Positions 31,236-32,000 of a stretch of DNA of 32,000 nt are shown here, piece by piece. The notes beneath the pieces were generated by a model. That model did no database searches and was not told the origin of the DNA. It was given only the letters and a program-made list of their open reading frames with translations. How positions within the stretch are numbered: the first letter of the stretch is position 1; the number at the start of each line of letters is the position of its first letter. Origin of the DNA: Trichlorobacter lovleyi SZ (GTDB lineage: Bacteria > Desulfobacterota > Desulfuromonadia > Geobacterales > Pseudopelobacteraceae); assembly GCF_000020385.1 (NCBI RefSeq), contig NC_010814.1, forward strand, positions 3,240,001 to 3,272,000. The letters run 5' to 3'. Both the position numbers and the translations under genes were made by a program.

Positions 31236-31945
31236 TACTCTTTGGCCCCGGTATAGATCGAGGCGATACCGAAAGTCAACGCCTGACAACGCACATGCTT
31301 GAAGCCGATATCACCCATGGTGGCACAGAATTCTTCACTGGAGGGAAATTCAAGCACTGAATCGGGCAGGTACTTGTACGCATCATATTTGGAAAAAATC
31401 CCGCCGATAACCGGCAGAATGGTACGAAAATAGAAGTGATAGAGCCAGCGGAACAACGCAGAGCGTGGTGTAGAAAATTCCAGAATCACCAAACGGCCGC
31501 CCGGCTTGATCACCCGCCAGAGTTCTGCCAGGCCAAGACGACGGTCAACCACGTTACGGATACCAAAGGCGATCGTCACCGAGTCAAAGGTATCCGCCCC
31601 AAAGGGCAGATCCTCACAGGGGGCCACCTTGAAGTCAATCCGGTCGGCATAGGCGGACGCGGCAATCTTGGCCTGTCCCAGAGCAACCATTTCAGGACTG
31701 AAATCCGCGCCGGTAATCTTCAGTGAGGCTGGGGTTACCCGTGCAATCTCAAGCGCAACATCCCCGGTTCCGGTGGCGACATCCAGTACGCGTCCCCCCT
31801 CCGGGGCCTTGATCAGACGTACCGCGGTCCGGCGCCAGCGTTTATCAATACCGAAGCTGAGCAGATGATTAAGAAAATCGTAGCGGGGAGCGATGGTGTC
31901 GAACATCTGCTGGATCTGCTCCCCTTTTTGCGATAGCCTGAACAT
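31235..31945 (-). CDS. ubiE: Demethylmenaquinone / ubiquinone C-methyltransferase (UbiE/MenG)
   Basis: ..MFDTIAPRYDFLNHLLSFGIDKRWRR..VLDVATGTGDVA..ITGADFSPEMV..DSVTIAFGIRNV..LKPGGRLVILEFS.. are canonical UbiE blocks. Confidence 0.9.
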   Translation of the reverse strand: MFRLSQKGEQIQQMFDTIAPRYDFLNHLLSFGIDKRWRRTAVRLIKAPEGGRVLDVATGTGDVALEIARVTPASLKITGADFSPEMVALGQAKIAASAYADRIDFKVAPCEDLPFGADTFDSVTIAFGIRNVVDRRLGLAELWRVIKPGGRLVILEFSTPRSALFRWLYHFYFRTILPVIGGIFSKYDAYKYLPDSVLEFPSSEEFCATMGDIGFKHVRCQALTFGIASIYTGAKE

Positions 31946-32000
31946 GGTTTTTTGTACCCTTCAGCAAGTGTTTAATGATATAAGATAAGGCTTATTCATC

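Noticed and set aside
31946-32000. Possible 3' end of another minus-strand gene at the window edge (GAT GAA TAA, read from position 32000)
   Set aside because: Only two sense codons are visible, which is not enough to support a feature.
1-32000. CRISPR arrays, rRNA or tRNA genes, prophage or integron structures, and long tandem repeats
   Set aside because: No regularly spaced direct repeats, no cloverleaf-compatible conserved tRNA boxes in the intergenic regions I read, and no integrase or phage structural genes. The only mobile-element gene is the Y1 transposase reported above.

Overview
This is a 32-kb chromosomal segment with high G+C and dense coding. Gene content suggests a Geobacter/Desulfuromonadales-type organism: DapL-route lysine genes, a multihaem cytochrome, hemerythrin and a GGDEF protein. 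The taxon is inference only. I call 38 protein-coding genes. Two are absent from the supplied ORF track: an edge-truncated dbpA and a 34-aa lysine-rich ORF. I found no rRNA, tRNA or CRISPR array.

Core content, left to right:
- dbpA (partial), a lipoprotein plus a 71-aa ORF, an MscS channel, a GNAT acetyltransferase, DUF445 and DUF1653 proteins.
- A PpiC-SseB fusion, trmO, a stand-alone Pta-N-terminal-like (DRTGG) protein and a COG4315 secreted protein.
- A LysA-family decarboxylase convergent with an M20 peptidase.
- dapL-dapB-dapA, a DUF697-like protein, a LOG-family protein, a PpiD-like chaperone and purC.
- A 10-haem secreted cytochrome.
- A minus-strand block ubiE-HD-GGDEF, followed by a Lon-like protease and hemerythrin pair that has its own promoter.

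Accessory or unusual content:
1. A ~3.6-kb island (about 11.76-15.39 kb) lies between the M20 peptidase and dapL. It carries a PQQ-type sugar dehydrogenase, a small zinc-ribbon ORF, a RayT-like HUH/Y1 transposase bracketed by a 25-bp inverted repeat, and a HepT/MntA toxin-antitoxin pair.
2. A low-G+C two-gene cassette (membrane protein plus topoisomerase-type zinc ribbon) is wedged between dapB and dapL.
3. A ~130-bp imperfect palindromic element almost fills the dapA-dapB spacer.
4. The Lon-like protease has substitutions in both Walker motifs and is separated by one nucleotide from the hemerythrin gene.
5. The cytochrome has one CX4CH site and a 430-nt AT-rich upstream region.

I see no clear-cut, wholly novel multi-gene system. 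The items above are the best candidates for follow-up. Many ORF-track starts are over-extended or use GTG/TTG; I re-set them using Shine-Dalgarno sequences, signal peptides and family N-termini.
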